Below, in pieces: positions 41,317-53,165 of a DNA stretch of 64,000 nt. The stretch's first letter is position 1. Every line of letters starts with the position of its first letter. A program made the translations under genes and the position numbers. This DNA is from Atractiella rhizophila (taxonomy: Eukaryota). A model generated the notes under the pieces. It searched no databases. It worked only from the letters and a program-made list of their open reading frames with translations, and had not been told where the DNA came from. The DNA lies in NCBI GenBank assembly GCA_021432655.1, contig MU271377.1, positions 1 to 64,000 of the forward strand, given 5' to 3'.

Positions 41317-41449
41317 TTTGTATACGACATATTCGGACATGTTTTGTTTAGTTTTGGGTAGACGTTATTTAGCATTGTGCAGTCGTTTATGATTGAAAAT
41401 GTAACATTGTCAGTGTGCATATGAAGTTGAAGTAAATAGACAATAGAAA

Positions 41450-42876
41450 TCACATCCTCCTACTTTCATTTTGCTGTGCCATCAACTTCCTCTTCACGAT
41501 TCTGATCTTCTTCTCTCCTGCCTTCCTGATCTTGCCCTCAACCTCTGCACCATCGGCTACCATTCTAGGTGGTGCAATTCTAAAGGTCTTGCTGATAGCC
41601 TGAGGGATAGCAGCGTGCCTTCTCAAGCCCTCCTTCCCTTTCGGGTCTCCAGAGCCCCTCGAGATCATGGCGGTGGGAAGACGACGGCGGGCGACGGATT
41701 GAGAACGCTCCAAGGTTGGCTCCGTAGCTTCAGCAATAGGTAAGGTGCGGTAGGTGGCGGAACGACGGATGATGGGCCGCATCCAGGTTGTGAGAAGAGT
41801 GTCGGCCATTCGCTTGATACCTGGTTCGACGCGTTTGCATTTGGTGTAAAAAAGAATGACTTTGCCCAGTTCGGATCCCTTCAGAGATTGTGTATCCATT
41901 GGTACCTAAGTCAGGGACATCAATCTAAGGGAGTCGTCGAGTTCGTGGGAGACGGACCCGCATGAGAAAGTCAAATAGGGATTTTTGGATGTTCAGAGCG
42001 GGAAGAGATTTGTCGGGAAGAGGTTCAAGCCACCTCTTAACCGCCTCAAGCACACCTCCCTCCATAATAGAGTCTTGGAGTGCGACTCTGCAATGAACAT
42101 AATTATCAACTTTCTGATCACGACAGAAGCCACTCACTTCTGCAAAGTCTCAACGACGGTAGACAACATGGCAAGCTTTGCCACTGCAGGCTTCCCGTCC
42201 TCGTTTGACTCCTGATCGGTAGAGGCAGCAGCTAGCATCTGTTGTTTGAGGCGGTACACCTCTTCGTCCGCCATGAGATCCTGTTGGAAGTTGTCAATGA
42301 CCAGTCCGCTCGAGAGCAACAAAAGAGTGCTCACATCTTCGCCTTCTTTTCTCTTTCGCTTTCGAGGTTTGGCAGGCTTGACAATGGCGTTCAATCGTTC
42401 TTCTAAATCTCTCCTCTTCTCTGAATCCCATTATAGGTCAGCTATGCTCAGCATTCCTAGGCTGGCAGACAGCAAACAACTCACGAGCTACAGGATCCAG
42501 AATAACAGGTTCCTCCTGCTCATCAAGTACATCCTTCTTCTTCCTCGAACTAAATTAATCCAAACAGGAATCTCATGAATCTTCTGCAACACCCACATCC
42601 AGGAGAGGAACAAGTAGAAGGCGCACGCAGATTTCTTTGGCTTCCTCCACTTCTTCTCCCCAAACACATCCTCAGCAACATAGTCGTCACCATATTCTTC
42701 TCCACCAGAAGCATCCTCCAAACCTGGAGTCGGCGTGCGTTCAGCCTGAGGCAGAATGTCCTCCTCTCCAACGTCGGACAGGTCTGAGTCGCCTCCGAAC
42801 TGCCCAACCGTATCAGTTTGCCCTATGAAACTCTATAAGGTATGCGCACAATCTCGTCTTCAGCATCGTTGGCCAT
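41450..42876 (-). CDS. IWS1: Transcription elongation factor IWS1/Spn1; multi-exon
   Basis: Acidic N-terminus; [48 protein letters not shown]. Confidence 0.92.
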
Positions 42877-43047
42877 TTCAGAGGACTATTATATGATAAC
42901 AAGGGCGTGAATGAGAAGAAGTAGTTTGCTCTTTCCTATGTTGCCACTTGTATGGTCAAGCCGCCCGCATGACGGTACCGACTGGAACTTGAATGCAGAA
43001 CATCAGAACTGAGAGTACTGAGAATGAAGATGGAAAATGTAATGATG

Positions 43048-46046
43048 ATTACGACAACTGACAAGTAACGAACGAAAACAGAAGGAATCCAGCACTTCCG
43101 ACATCGAACAGACACATCGAGCAGTTTCCAACCGATTCCAAATCCAAATCCACAGACGTGCTTGTTGTAATTACTTTGCTGCAACGCGACGAGAACACAA
43201 GCATTCATTCCCAAATCGCAGTTCCGTGATAGAAGAGACGCTATTACTGTAGTGGAGTGACTGAGCGAGAAATAGTCGAAGGATAGAACGAGGGCAAGCT
43301 TGAAGCGAACCGGAAGCAGGATAAACCAAGCCAACGACGTAACGAGTGGTGCAAGTGATGGAGGATCTTCTATCGCCCAAAGAATCCATCAGTCCTCTTA
43401 AATCGCTTCGAACAGAAAGCAAAAGTAAAAGGACGAACTGAACTAAAACATGGTGAACAGATGCGCATATTCGTCCGTGGCCACTGGAAGGGTGGGCAAG
43501 TTTCTCGCCGCAGAATACGCCCTCGCCATCCCTGGAAGCTCCGTGAGAGGCGTCGGTTGGTACTTTTCAAAGTTGGCCGTGTCCGTCCTACTCCTCGCAG
43601 GAGGGATGATCGGTGCCCCTATCCGCTTTGACTCGACCGCTGCGAAGTCTACTCCTGTCGCCGCCATTCCCATCGCCATGAGTGACTTGGTATTTGAGGA
43701 CGGAGGAGGAATTTGGTAGGTATGGTTGGGGCAGACATGAATGGAGGAGAGTGAAGACAAACCTTTAAACCACGGGTGATCCTTAACGTCCAAAGCCCCC
43801 CTCTCCAGATTCCCCAACCTCTTCGACCGGTCATGAGTCAAAAGGCGAGAAATGAGGTCTTTAGCCTTCGCGTCAATCCAGGGCGGATAACTCGGGGTGG
43901 TATTCAAGACCTTATCGTACACCGCGAAGGGCGAGTTGTCGTAGAACGGCCTAGATCGATGTTTCCCATCAAAGCAGATCAAATCAGATCAGATTGAGTT
44001 GGATGAGGTTGAGATGGAATGTAAGGGAAAGGGAATAGAGGGACGAACGGCCAGCCACAGAGCATCTCGAAGAGAAGGATCCCAAAGGCCCACCAGTCCG
44101 CTGCTTTTCCGTGTCCCGTCGCTTGGATGATTTCCTGGCGTCCCACTTCGTTCAGCATGATTCCAAGATGAAAATGAAATGTGGGCGTACCGGGGCTAGA
44201 TACCTAATACGCCACCCACTTCAGCATCGACAACAACGACATAGCATGCAAACTCACTCGGGCGTCCCACCTTCAGTCGACAGCAATCAGTCCTCTACCA
44301 CCTTAGAAAGAAAAAAGGAGAGAGATTTACAAAGGGTGAACGTCCGATCCTCGACCTTCTTCGCAAACCCGAAATCCGTAATCTTGACGTAGCCCAGCTC
44401 GTCAAGGAGCAAGTTTTCGGGTTTGAGGTCCCGATAGATGATGTCCCTCTCGTGGAGGTATTCGATCCCTAGGAGGATGTTGGAGGCGTAGAAGCGCGCG
44501 ACGTCCGGTGTGAAGCGGCCGGAGCGCCGTCTGTGGAATTACGACAACTGACAAGTAACGAACGAAAACAGAAGGAATCCAGCACTTCCGACATCGAACA
44601 GACACATCGAGCAGTTTCCAACCGATTCCAAATCCAAATCCACAGACGTGCTTGTTGTAATTACTTTGCTGCAACGCGACGAGAACACAAGCATTCATTC
44701 CCAAATCGCAGTTCCGTGATAGAAGAGACGCTATTACTGTAGTGGAGTGACTGAGCGAGAAATAGTCGAAGGATATAACGAAGGTAGCGGAGCAGGGAAC
44801 TTGTAGCGAACCAGAGGCGGGATGGATCAAGCCAACGACGTAACGAGTGGTGCAAGTGATGGAGGATCTTCTATCGCCCAAAGAATCCATCAGTCCTCCT
44901 TAAATCGCTTCGTATAGAAAGCAAAAGTAAAAGGACGAACTGAACTAAAACATGGTGAACAAATGCGCATATTCGTCCGGGGCCACTGGAAGGGTGGGCA
45001 AGTTCCTCGCCGCAGAATACGCCCTCGCCATCCCTGGAAGCTCCGTGAGAGGCGTCGGTTGGTACTTTTCAAAGTTGGCCGTGTCCGTCCTACTCCTCGC
45101 GGGGGGGATGATCGGTGCCCCTATCCGCTTCGACTCCACCGCTGCGAAGTCCACTCCTGTCGTCGTCATCCCCATTGCCATGAGTGACTTGGTATTTGAG
45201 GACGGAGGATGAATTTGGTAGGTATGGTTGGGGCAGACATGAATGGAGGAGAGTGAAGACAAACCTTTAAACCATGGGTGATCCTTAACGTCCAAAGCCC
45301 CCCTCTCCAGATTCCCCAACCTCTTCGACCGATCATGAGTCAAAAGGCGAGAAATGAGGTCTTTAGCCTTCGCGTCAATCCAGGGCGGATAACTCGGGGT
45401 TGTATTCAAGACCTTATCGTACACCGCGAAGGGCGAGTTGTCGTAGAACGGCCTAGATCGATGTTTCCCATCAAATCAGATCACATCAGATCAGATTGAG
45501 TTGGATGAGGTTGAGATGGATGGAATGTAGAGGAAAAGGGAATGGAGGGACGAACGGCCAGCCACAGAGCATCTCGAAGAGAAGGATTCCAAAGGCCCAC
45601 CAGTCCGCTGCTTTTCCGTGTCCTGTCGCTTGGATGATTTCCTGGCGTCCCACTTCGTTCAGCATGATTCCAAGAAGAAAATGAAATGTGGGCGTACCGG
45701 GGCTAGATACCTAATACGCCACCTACTTCAGCATTGACAACAACGACAGAGCATGCAAACTCACTCGGGCGTCCCACCTTCAGTCGACAGCAATCAATCC
45801 TCCAACCACCCTTGGAAAGAAGAATGGAGAGAGACTTACAAAGGGTGAACGTCCGATCCTCGACCTTCTTCGCAAACCCGAAATCGGTGATCTTGACGTA
45901 GCCCAGCTCGTCAAGGAGCAAGTTTTCGGGTTTGAGGTCCCGATAGATGATGTCCCTCTCGTGGAGGTATTCGATCCCTAGGAGGATGTTGGAGGCATAA
46001 AAGCGCGCGACGTCGGGCGTGAAGCGGCCGGAGCGCCGTCTGTGGA
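43048..46046 (+). repeat. Direct tandem duplication 4: unit A 43048-44537, unit B 44538-46046
   Basis: Junction ...gtctgtgga|attacgacaac...; duplicates the 3' two-thirds of the kinase gene and its 3' flank. Confidence 0.95.
43443..44530 (-). pseudogene. 5'-truncated copy of the PKA-type kinase gene
   Basis: Near-identical to 44945-46039; lacks the N-lobe exons. Confidence 0.8.
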
Positions 46047-46937
46047 TTGCATGATTATTATTACTGTTATTGGATTGGGATTGGGGGGAAAGACGAACAG
46101 GTGGTAGAAGAGTTCTCCGCCTTGGATGAAGTCGAGGATCATGTATACGTTTCTTTCATCCTGGAAGGTACAGAATCTATAGTCTATCATGAGAAGAGCG
46201 GTAAGGAGAGAGGGAAGAGGGAGATGGACAGGTTGACCATGAACGGATTATTGACCCGTCCCAATATGCTCCTCTCTTGATTTATGTGTTCGACCTGCTT
46301 CAGTCGTACAACTGCTGCTTTCTCTAATACCTTCATCCTGTATCCATTTATCATACACACTCTAATTGCAGATTGAATGGGGGCGGCGCACGCGTAGTAG
46401 AAGACATGATCGGCAGGATATCCAGGCGGATGGATTCCGACCAGGAAGACTTTTCCAAACGTCCCCGTGCCTGTCCATCCAACGATATCGAGCGACATGC
46501 ACCAGAGCAGCACCGCACCACAACGCAACAAGCGAACAAACCCAACCCACACCGTCAACACCTCTCACCAAAGATACAGATACAGATAGCCAAGAAAGGG
46601 AATCGAAGAAAAGGGAGTACGAACCAAGAGTATCGATCAACTCGACATGTTCGAATCCCAACCCGACATCCTCGCCCCTCCTCGAGCTCTCCATCATGCC
46701 GTCCATCTCGAAGCTGAACGCGCCCGGCCGTGGACTGTTGCGCGGCAGCTCGTCCGCGGCTGGGGGATGGAGGGTGGTTGGTTTTGAGGCGGAGGGAGCG
46801 GGAGAGTTGGGCGAGGAAGGGACGGGGAAGGGGGGCTGGGGGGAGTAGGGCGAGGGAGAGGGTATGCCGAATTGAGGCTGGGTGGGGAGGGGAGAGGGGT
46901 AGTATGCCTGGGGGGAGTAGGAGGAGTCCACGTCCAT
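44945..46937 (-). CDS. cAMP-dependent protein kinase catalytic subunit (PKA/PRKX-like); multi-exon
   Basis: [63 protein letters not shown]. Confidence 0.93.
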
Positions 46938-47283
46938 AGTGTCTATTGTGGTGCAGCGAGTGGGAATGCAGGGCGAGTGAATGGAGCAATGGAGAAAGAG
47001 AACAAAGGGACGGAGATATCGGAGTGATTGATCGGGCAATCTATCTCTTTACGTCATCCCTTCTGCGTGTTCAGCTCTTATTATCCCGAATTGTAATACT
47101 TCCTGTTACACTGTTTCAAGGATAAATTCAATGTTATATTGACATTGCTTGTGGAGCGGATGTCCATGTTACACTGTTTGTAAAGTGTAATCTGTTACAT
47201 TCCTTGTATACTGGATATCCCGTTTTTGACAATAAATAACAAACCACTGTTAAGGTATCATCATCCTGTGTACTTTTAGAACA

Positions 47284-48234
47284 TCATGGCCTCCTTGAAT
47301 ATCGATAGAAAAGTATGGTGGCAAGTGAACCGACTGCAATCCACTTCAACCTCCCAAACAAGGCAGCTACATCTTCTCCAAGTGCCACAGCCACACTCAT
47401 GAGGCGAACGGGGAGCTTTGACCGTGCCGCATCGTGCGAGGGTACGTATCGAAGTGCAGGATCGTCGTTCCATCCTTCGTTCATCCAAACATCATTTATC
47501 ACCACTGGGCCCAATAAGAATTAGAAGTACCCACCTAGCAGCACAGTTTCACGTAACCCTCTGTCGGCCTCGAGTTCAGCGAGTTCCTCAAGCGACCACC
47601 GATCGCACAGCTCGCTCATCCACTCCATCCTCGCCTTCACCAACCCCATCTCCTTCCCGGGCACTCTCTCCCTCAACTTCTCCCGCACCTTTCCCACTCC
47701 CTCGATAGCCAGATCCACATTCTCCGGAATCGCATCCTCAATCCGTCTCCGTATGTGATGCGCCAACCTAGGTCCCTTCCCACCCGTAGACACAAGGACC
47801 TGCAAAGGACCCCTTCGAATAGTAGACCCGAACCAAAAATCACATTGCTCCGGAACATCAGCGACATTAACCACGATCCTCCTCTCCCTACACAGCTCGA
47901 AGATCCGCGTCCCCAACGGCGTATTCGCCACCTCGTCGCACACAAGGACCATGTCGACGGCGTCCAGGTCGGTCTGGACGAAGGAACGGTCCTCGTAGCG
48001 ATCGACGGACCGCTCGCTGTGGATCCGATACGTCATTTCGCTGCACAGTGTCGAGGAGGGCGAGACGACGGTGACGAGCGCGGAGGCTCCGAGGACGGCG
48101 CGGAGGCGGGAGGCGGCGATGAGACCCCCGCCGACGATGAGGACGCGCCGGGAGGGAAGACGGTAGGCGAGAAGGAGGGAGCCGGAGGGTGGAATGGACG
48201 GGAAGAGCGAGGGATCATGTGTATCCTGTGCCAT
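47284..48234 (-). CDS. MET8: Siroheme synthase (precorrin-2 dehydrogenase/ferrochelatase); probably 2 exons
   Basis: GSLLLAY..RRVLIVGGG.IA, VNVADVPEQCDFWFG, LQVLVSTGGKGPRLA, RMEWMSELCDRWSLEEL; last exon inferred from a GT-AG intron. Confidence 0.88.
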
Positions 48235-48525
48235 GATCTTCTGGTCCAACACAGTGACAACGAGGGTGGGATGATGGCTACCCTCCCGCTGATAAAATTT
48301 GATGTAATATCTGGAAATGGGAAATGGAAGATGGGAATGTAAAATGCAGCAAAGCAGATCAGAGCAAATGAAATGCGGAATGCAAAGGATTACACCGAGA
48401 CTAAGAGCCTAGTGTATGCTCCCCCAACAAAATTTCCATTCCAAATTATTGACCTTCGTCCTGCTTCTTCTATTTTCTGTTATTCCTCCAAGAAGTCACT
48501 CGCACGCCAGGCCAATAACACCACA

Positions 48526-50246
48526 ATGAACCGTCTCCTCACCTCCACGCTTCCACGCAGCTCGCGCTCACTAGCCCCCGCCCTCCGTCGCGCCTACGCC
48601 GTCTCCGCCTCGACCGGCCCAGGCTCAGTCGCCCCAACTTCCTCCGTCCCCTCCTCCTCCACCGAGCCCTTCTCCATCTCCCTAAACGCCGACTACTTCC
48701 AGACGTACCGTTGCGACCCGCCCTCGCTCGAGGTCGAGGTCACGAAGGAGAAGCTCGTGCAGATGTACTCGGACATGGTCCAGATGAGGAGGATGGAAAT
48801 GGCCGCTGATCAACTCTACAAACAAAAACTCATCAGGGGGTTCTGTCACTTGGCCATTGGACAGGTGTGTTTTCTTCCCTTTGCTTTTTGTTTGTTTGCT
48901 TTGCTTTGCTTTGGGGTATGCGAGAATGAGGTTGAGTGTGGTTTGGTGTGTAGGAAGCGGTGTCGATTGGAATGGAGAGCGCGATTGAGACCGACGACAA
49001 GATCATTACCGCATATCGGTGCCATCCTTTCGCCGTCATGCGCGGTGGGAGCATCACAGGCGTCATTGGTGAACTTCTCGGACGGCAGGTCGGCATGTCT
49101 GGTGGAAAAGGCGGGTCCATGTGCGTTTCCCCTCTCCTCCCTCCCACCCTTCAGTTGCTGTCATAACTGAAAGTAGCAAGTACTGATGATGGATGGACAG
49201 GCACATCTTCACAAAGACCTTCTTTGGCGGAAACGGAATCGTCGGAGCTCAAGTTCCCCTCGGCGCTGGAATCGCTTTCGCCCAACAGTACCTAGGACAA
49301 GACGACAAGCACGCCACATTCATCAGTGAGTCCACCCCGCCAACCTATCCCTCCCAACTCACGGTAATCTTGTTGCACAGTGTACGGTGACGGAGCATCG
49401 AATCAGGGACAGGTGTTCGAGGCGTACAACATGGCCAAGCTCTGGAACTTGCCCGCCATCTTCGTGTGCGAAAACAACTTGTACGGAATGGGAACTTCAG
49501 CTGCGAGGTCGTCCGCCAACACCAAGTACTTTACACGTGGAGACCTCATCCCCGGTGTCCAGGTCCGCCTCACCTCCGTTCCCTTTCTATTTAAGCTCCT
49601 CAGGTAGAAAGTTTGGAATTGATGTGGTTGTGCGGAATAGGTGAATGGTATGGACGTGCTCAGCGTCCACAAGGCTTGTCAATTCGCCAAAGAGTGGACG
49701 ACGAGCGGAAAGGGTCCTTTGTTGTTGGAATTCGTCACTTATCGGTACGGAGGTCACAGCATGTCTGATCCCGGAACCACCTACCGGACACGGGTGCGCA
49801 CCTTCCTATCCCCCTCATCCATACTACTTTGTGACGATGGTTCTATTATGATGTGAACAGGAGGAGATCCAAAAGATGCGGTCGTCGTCGGATCCCATCA
49901 CGGGATTGAAGAACAACTTGTTGGAGTGGGGCGTCGTATCCGAGGAAGAGCTCAAAGTCCGTCCTCCACTCTTCGCACGCAGAATCCCAAAGACTAATCA
50001 CGCGAATGAATGGAACAGGCCGTAGACAAAGAAGCTCGTTCCATAGTCGACGAAGCCGTCGAAGAAGCCAAAAAGTCGCCCGAGCCCGACCTTGAGAAGG
50101 ACATGTGGACCGACATCTACTATGAGGGCACCGCTCCTCCGTTCCTTAGGGGAAGGGAGAGGGAGGAGATCCATTATTATTCGGAGAAGGAGGCGAGGAC
50201 GACGTTGGGGAGCAAGGACGTGCCGGAGGCTAAGCTGACGGCGTAG
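48526..50246 (+). CDS. PDA1: Pyruvate dehydrogenase E1 alpha subunit, mitochondrial; multi-exon
   Basis: Presequence; [45 protein letters not shown]. Confidence 0.97.
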
Positions 50247-50493
50247 TTTGGGATGCAGTTATTACTTAGCTAGTGTGGATGGGTGGTGAGGATGATCTTG
50301 GATCACTCCTCTAATGCAACGCTTGATTTTGAGCACATTCCCGATTGAGTTAAAAGATGTCTCCAGCAACTGCGAGTTATTTAGTATGAGAAAGCGTTTG
50401 AAGGATGCGGTGAGAAGAGTCGTTTGAATGACATAGAATGCATGAGATGATGGGCAAAAACATGGGATAAAAACAACTGGGAGAACAGAGCGT

Positions 50494-50763
50494 CTACTCT
50501 TCGTTCTCGACGTTGGTAGTTTGAAGACCCTAGACACCGAATTTGAAGTCAGTTGACAGAAGCGAACAGCAAAGGAGGAAGGATGCTTGCCTTGAAGTTG
50601 GTGATCCCAGGTACTAGGGTAACGTAAGTGTAGAGCTTCTCCTTCGCGTCCTCGTCATCATTCCTCTTCCCTGCAAATTCGACCTCCATTAATCCTGCTT
50701 TGAACCCAACAAAATAGAGGAAAGGAATACGAACTGCTCAATTTAACCCTGATCCGCCTCGGT
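50494..50763 (-). pseudogene. RPL31: 5'-truncated RPL31 copy
   Basis: Repeats 51879-52148. Confidence 0.75.
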
Positions 50764-51616
50764 ATCGAATCAGGGACAGGTGTTCGAGGCGTACAACATG
50801 GCCAAGCTCTGGAACTTGCCCGCCATCTTCGTGTGCGAAAACAACTTGTATGGAATGGGAACCTCAGCCGCGAGGTCGTCCGCCAACACCAAGTACTTTA
50901 CACGTGGAGACCTCATCCCTGGTGTCCAGGTCAGTCTCACCTCCCTTCCCTTTCTATTTAAGCTCGTCAGGTAGAAAGTTGGTATTAATGTGTTTGTGCG
51001 GAATAGGTGAATGGTATGGACGTGCTCAGCGTCCACAAGGCTTGCCAATTCGCCAAAGAGTGGACGACGAGCGGAAAGGGTCCTTTGTTGTTGGAATTCG
51101 TCACTTATCGGTACGGAGGCCACAGCATGTCTGATCCCGGAACCACCTACCGGACACGGGTGCGCACCTTCCTATCCCCCCTCATCCATACTACTTTGTA
51201 ACGATGGTTTCATTGTGATGTGAACAGGAGGAGATCCAAAAGATGCGGTCGTCGTCGGATCCCATCACGGGATTGAAGAACAACTTGTTGGAGTGGGGCG
51301 TCGTATCCGAGGAAGAGCTCAAAGTCTGTCCTCCATTCTTCGCACACCGAATCCCAAAGACTGATCACGCGAATGATGAATGGAACAGGCCGTAGACAAA
51401 GAAGCTCGTTCCATAGTCGACGAAGCCGTCGAAGAAGCCAAAAAGTCGCCCGAGCCCGACCTTGAGAAGGACATGTGGACCGACATCTACTACGAGGGCA
51501 CTGCTCCTCCGTTCCTTAGGGGAAGGGAGAGGGAGGAGATCCATTATTATTCGGAGAAGGAGGCGAGGACGACGTTGGGGAGTAAGGACGTGCCGGAGGC
51601 TAAGCTGACGGCGTAG
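50764..51616 (+). pseudogene. PDA1: 5'-truncated PDA1 copy
   Basis: Exon translations match the first copy; differences are silent or intronic. Confidence 0.8.
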
Positions 51617-51878
51617 TTTGTGGTGCACTTATTACTTAGCTAGTGTGGATGGGTGGTGAGGATGACCTTGGATCACTCCTCTAATGCAACGCTTGATTTT
51701 GAGCACAATTCCCACTTGAGCTGAAAGACATGTCCTCCAGTTCAGAGTTCTTTAGTGTTCCAAAAGTATGCGAGGAGAAATGTTTGGAGGATGCGGTGAG
51801 AAGAGTCGTTTGAATGACATAGAATGCATGAGATGATGGGCAAAAACATGGGATAAAAACAACTGGAGAACAGAGCGT

Positions 51879-52445
51879 CTACTCTTCGTTCTCGACGTTG
51901 GTAGTTTGAAGACCCTAGACACCGAATTTGAAGTCAGTTGACAGAAGCAAGCAGCAAAGGAGGAAGGATGCTTGCCTTGAAGTTGGTGATCCCAGGTACT
52001 AGGGTAACGTAAGTGTAGAGCTTCTCCTTCGCGTCCTCGTCATCATTCCTCTTCCCTGCAAATTCGACCTCCATTAATCCTGCTTTGAACCCAACAAAAT
52101 AGAGGAAAGGAATACGAACTGCTCAATTTAACCCTGATCCGCCTCGGTGCATCCTTAATACCGAACTTCCAAATCTCGCTGTTGAGCTCTTTATCAATCC
52201 TCACATCCTTCGTGCCCATGTGCTTGAAAGCGAACGCCTTGACGGCTTTGACGGCGGTGGGAGCTTTCGACTTGAAGGAGCGGGTGTGGATTTTGGGATG
52301 AAGATGGATCGTGTACTCCCTCTGTCATTCCAATCCCACTTCTCAGCAGCTCTTCTTAAGGAATGGACTGGAGTGGACCACTTACGGAAACGACATCCTT
52401 CAAAGCGGACCGCGGCTTTTTGCCCTCTTTTTTTGTGCGTGCCAT
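51879..52445 (-). CDS. RPL31: 60S ribosomal protein L31 (eL31); 4 coding exons plus a 5'-UTR intron
   Basis: Spliced [92 protein letters not shown]; not visible as a single ORF. Confidence 0.93.
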
Positions 52446-53165
52446 ACCTAATCCCAATGCCCATTGTGGTCAGCATCTCTGCATATCCAATCGTAGCGCT
52501 TGATTACCCACCTTGAAATAGAAATCCACCTACAAATTGTCGATTCGTTCGAAAGAAAAAACAAAAGCCACGCAAACATCCAGAAGCCGTAGTCAGCGTC
52601 TAGTCACAATTCTTCCATTCTCACGTGCCAGCTCCTACACCTCTGCCAACTGACTGATAACAATATCTCATTGCAGCCCTTAATAGGGTGACATGTCTGG
52701 AGACTCATTGTCATTGCGCTGGCTGGGCACAATTCTTCGACGTTACTCACATTCCGATTCGTCAGAATGTTGAAGGCAGAAGAATGCTTGATCAATTTAT
52801 GATGCCTTCTTAGCAGAAATCAGATCTAATAATTTGTTCTCTATTATGTTTCAAGGAATGATTTCGATTTGAAGGAGGATGACGTCGCAGTTTAACGTTG
52901 AAATTCAAGCTTTGATGCGTCTCCGCCTGATACATGACATCCTCGAAGCTTCAAGGAGGTGGAAGAAAATTAAAAGACAGACAATGCTGGAGTCTTACAG
53001 ATTTTGGAGCATGGACAGGAAGAGCAACAACGGGTTCCTGGATATATTGTTAAGCGGTGGTCAGATCGTCCACATGTGAGGGAAGCTCTTGTCATAAGCA
53101 TCCATCTGCACATGATATATTACTACTAACAGACTGCATCTCTACGTTGAGAAATAGCGCCTTCC

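Larger units (their letters stand above)
49397..52148 (+). repeat. Direct tandem duplication 5: unit A 49397-50763, unit B 50764-52148
   Basis: Junction ...cgcctcggt|atcgaatcagg...; duplicates the 3' ends of the convergent PDA1 and RPL31 genes. Confidence 0.95.

Noticed and set aside
11417..46937. PDE1 and PKA as a cAMP gene cluster
   Set aside because: They are over 30 kb apart, separated by unrelated genes; coincidence is sufficient.
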